Assembly (NCBI GenBank): GCA_963826885.1
Contig: CAWGYL010000002.1
Location: 129,756 to 193,755 of the forward strand
From: Nitrospirota bacterium
GTDB lineage: Bacteria; Nitrospirota; UBA9217
Direction of reading: 5' to 3'
DNA: 64,000 bases
Shown here one piece after another: positions 62,981-64,000 of the stretch. Position 1 is the first letter of the stretch, and every line of letters starts with the position of its first letter. Made by a program: the position numbers and the translations under genes. Under the pieces are notes generated by a model, which saw only the letters and a program-made list of their open reading frames with translations, was not told the origin of the DNA and made no database searches.

Positions 62981-63415
62981 ATGAAAAATAAAGTGATTAT
63001 TTTGGGTGTGCCCGGAATTTATTTATTGTTGACCGCAGCGGCTATTTATTACTTGGTTGAAATACTGCAATTGAATTTCACTATGGCACTTCTGACAGTT
63101 ACAAGTGTATTCTGGTCGATAGCCGGGATAGTAATATTTCTATTAAGAGATAAGCTTTACAGTGGATTAGTAAAGTTATCTAAAGACAAAAAAGAAAGAC
63201 TTCTTAACAATTATATGCGCCAATTAAAATTGTATTGGTTTATGCTATGGTCGTCTCCCATATATGCATTGACTATTATCGCCGTTTACAAATACGTACC
63301 AGATGTGCAACTAGATTTTATCAATATTGCAATCATAGCAGTTTCGTTTTATTTAGGGGCAATTTTAAGCATACTGAAAATAAAGTATGTATCAATGAAA
63401 TTGAAAAATATTTAA
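62981..63415 (+). CDS. AT-rich small integral membrane protein, hypothetical
   Basis: Four TM helices. Its GC content is markedly lower than that of the neighbouring decarboxylase gene. Likely start MKNKVIILG; the ORF track starts at 62852. Confidence 0.35.
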   Translation: MKNKVIILGVPGIYLLLTAAAIYYLVEILQLNFTMALLTVTSVFWSIAGIVIFLLRDKLYSGLVKLSKDKKERLLNNYMRQLKLYWFMLWSSPIYALTIIAVYKYVPDVQLDFINIAIIAVSFYLGAILSILKIKYVSMKLKNI

Positions 63416-63589
63416 TAAATTAAGCGTGGAACGTCACATCAAAGCAGATTGGTATTGCACTACGTAAAAATACTAACACAGCAGTCGAGCCATCCTCGCT
63501 TCGCTCGGTTGCTCACCTTATCGTTTAAATGTATGTAAGCTACAACCCGCCATTCTTCACCTTTGTCATATTTCTGTCATTCCATGATA

Positions 63590-63668
63590 GTAGGTGGATC
63601 AAGGCGAGCCAAGACCACAACGAATATGAATAATTCTGTTCGAAGTTTTCAGTCAAGTGTTCTTTCTG
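63590..63668. repeat. Interspersed modular repeat, A-type copy in reverse orientation
   Basis: The reverse complement reads cagaaagaacacttgactgaaaacttcgaacagaattattcatattcgttgtggtcttggctcgccttgatccacctac. Confidence 0.65.
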
Positions 63669-63917
63669 TAGTTTTTTTTGCCATTCTTCTAACTATTTCA
63701 CGTTTCATCCAGAATCTTCTTGAATATCCTTAAAATACCACTCTGCCTGACGCCCTTCATAATCCGGCATATATTTTGTTGACGGCTCAGCATTATTATT
63801 GCTAAACTGACTAGCAAATAAAGATCGAGTGTTTATCCTCAGGTCTTTAAGGTAATGGGCTCTGATGCTTCGCGTTCTCTTCGACTCGGCGGTGAATAAC
63901 TATTCTGTGGGGACTAT

Positions 63918-64000
63918 ATGAAAAAACAAAAACCGGTTTCACGGCTCCAGCAAATGCTGTCTGAAATGTTCGGCTTCGGTCCTGCTGTATCGCTCAGCGT
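63918..64000 (+). CDS. 5' end of a gene running off the window (MKKQKPVSRLQQMLSEMFGFGPAVSLS...)
   Basis: ATG with an open frame to the window edge. Identity unknown. Confidence 0.25.
   Translation, partial: MKKQKPVSRLQQMLSEMFGFGPAVSLS

Overview
This 64-kb window looks like a contig from an uncultivated diderm bacterium with roughly 50% GC, probably anaerobic or microaerophilic, though the taxon cannot be told from the sequence. Coordinates 1 to about 38,100 are mostly housekeeping and envelope genes. They include an HMA-like gene with an msrA fragment next to an IS110-family insertion, a copper-delivery trio (PCuAC-like chaperone, outer-membrane barrel, TlpA-like redoxin), a K+ channel, a MITE, a rhomboid protease, an M1-peptidase/TIKI-ChaN/PDZ fusion, a Rieske/cytochrome b complex operon carrying three multiheme c-type cytochromes, an envelope protease cluster (BamE-like, S41, M16, DegP), an IorAB-type molybdoenzyme, and a substrate-binding-protein plus hybrid histidine kinase pair. 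Coordinates 38,100 to 64,000 are a mosaic accessory region. They hold an IS91-family element with an integrase-like orfA, an AI-2E transporter with two secreted proteins of unknown function (one with a Gly/Arg-rich tail), a 48-nt 3' fragment of tRNA-Glu that looks like an att-site remnant, a RelE/ParE toxin-antitoxin pair, an inverted paralog of the hybrid kinase, a second IS110 element, an intact msrA paralog whose upstream partner gene is degraded, and a PEP-CTERM-like protein. At least seven copies of a modular interspersed repeat and two 134-bp direct repeats are also present. No rRNA, intact tRNA or CRISPR array was found. All calls come from reading the ORF track and the sequence by eye; no searches were run.
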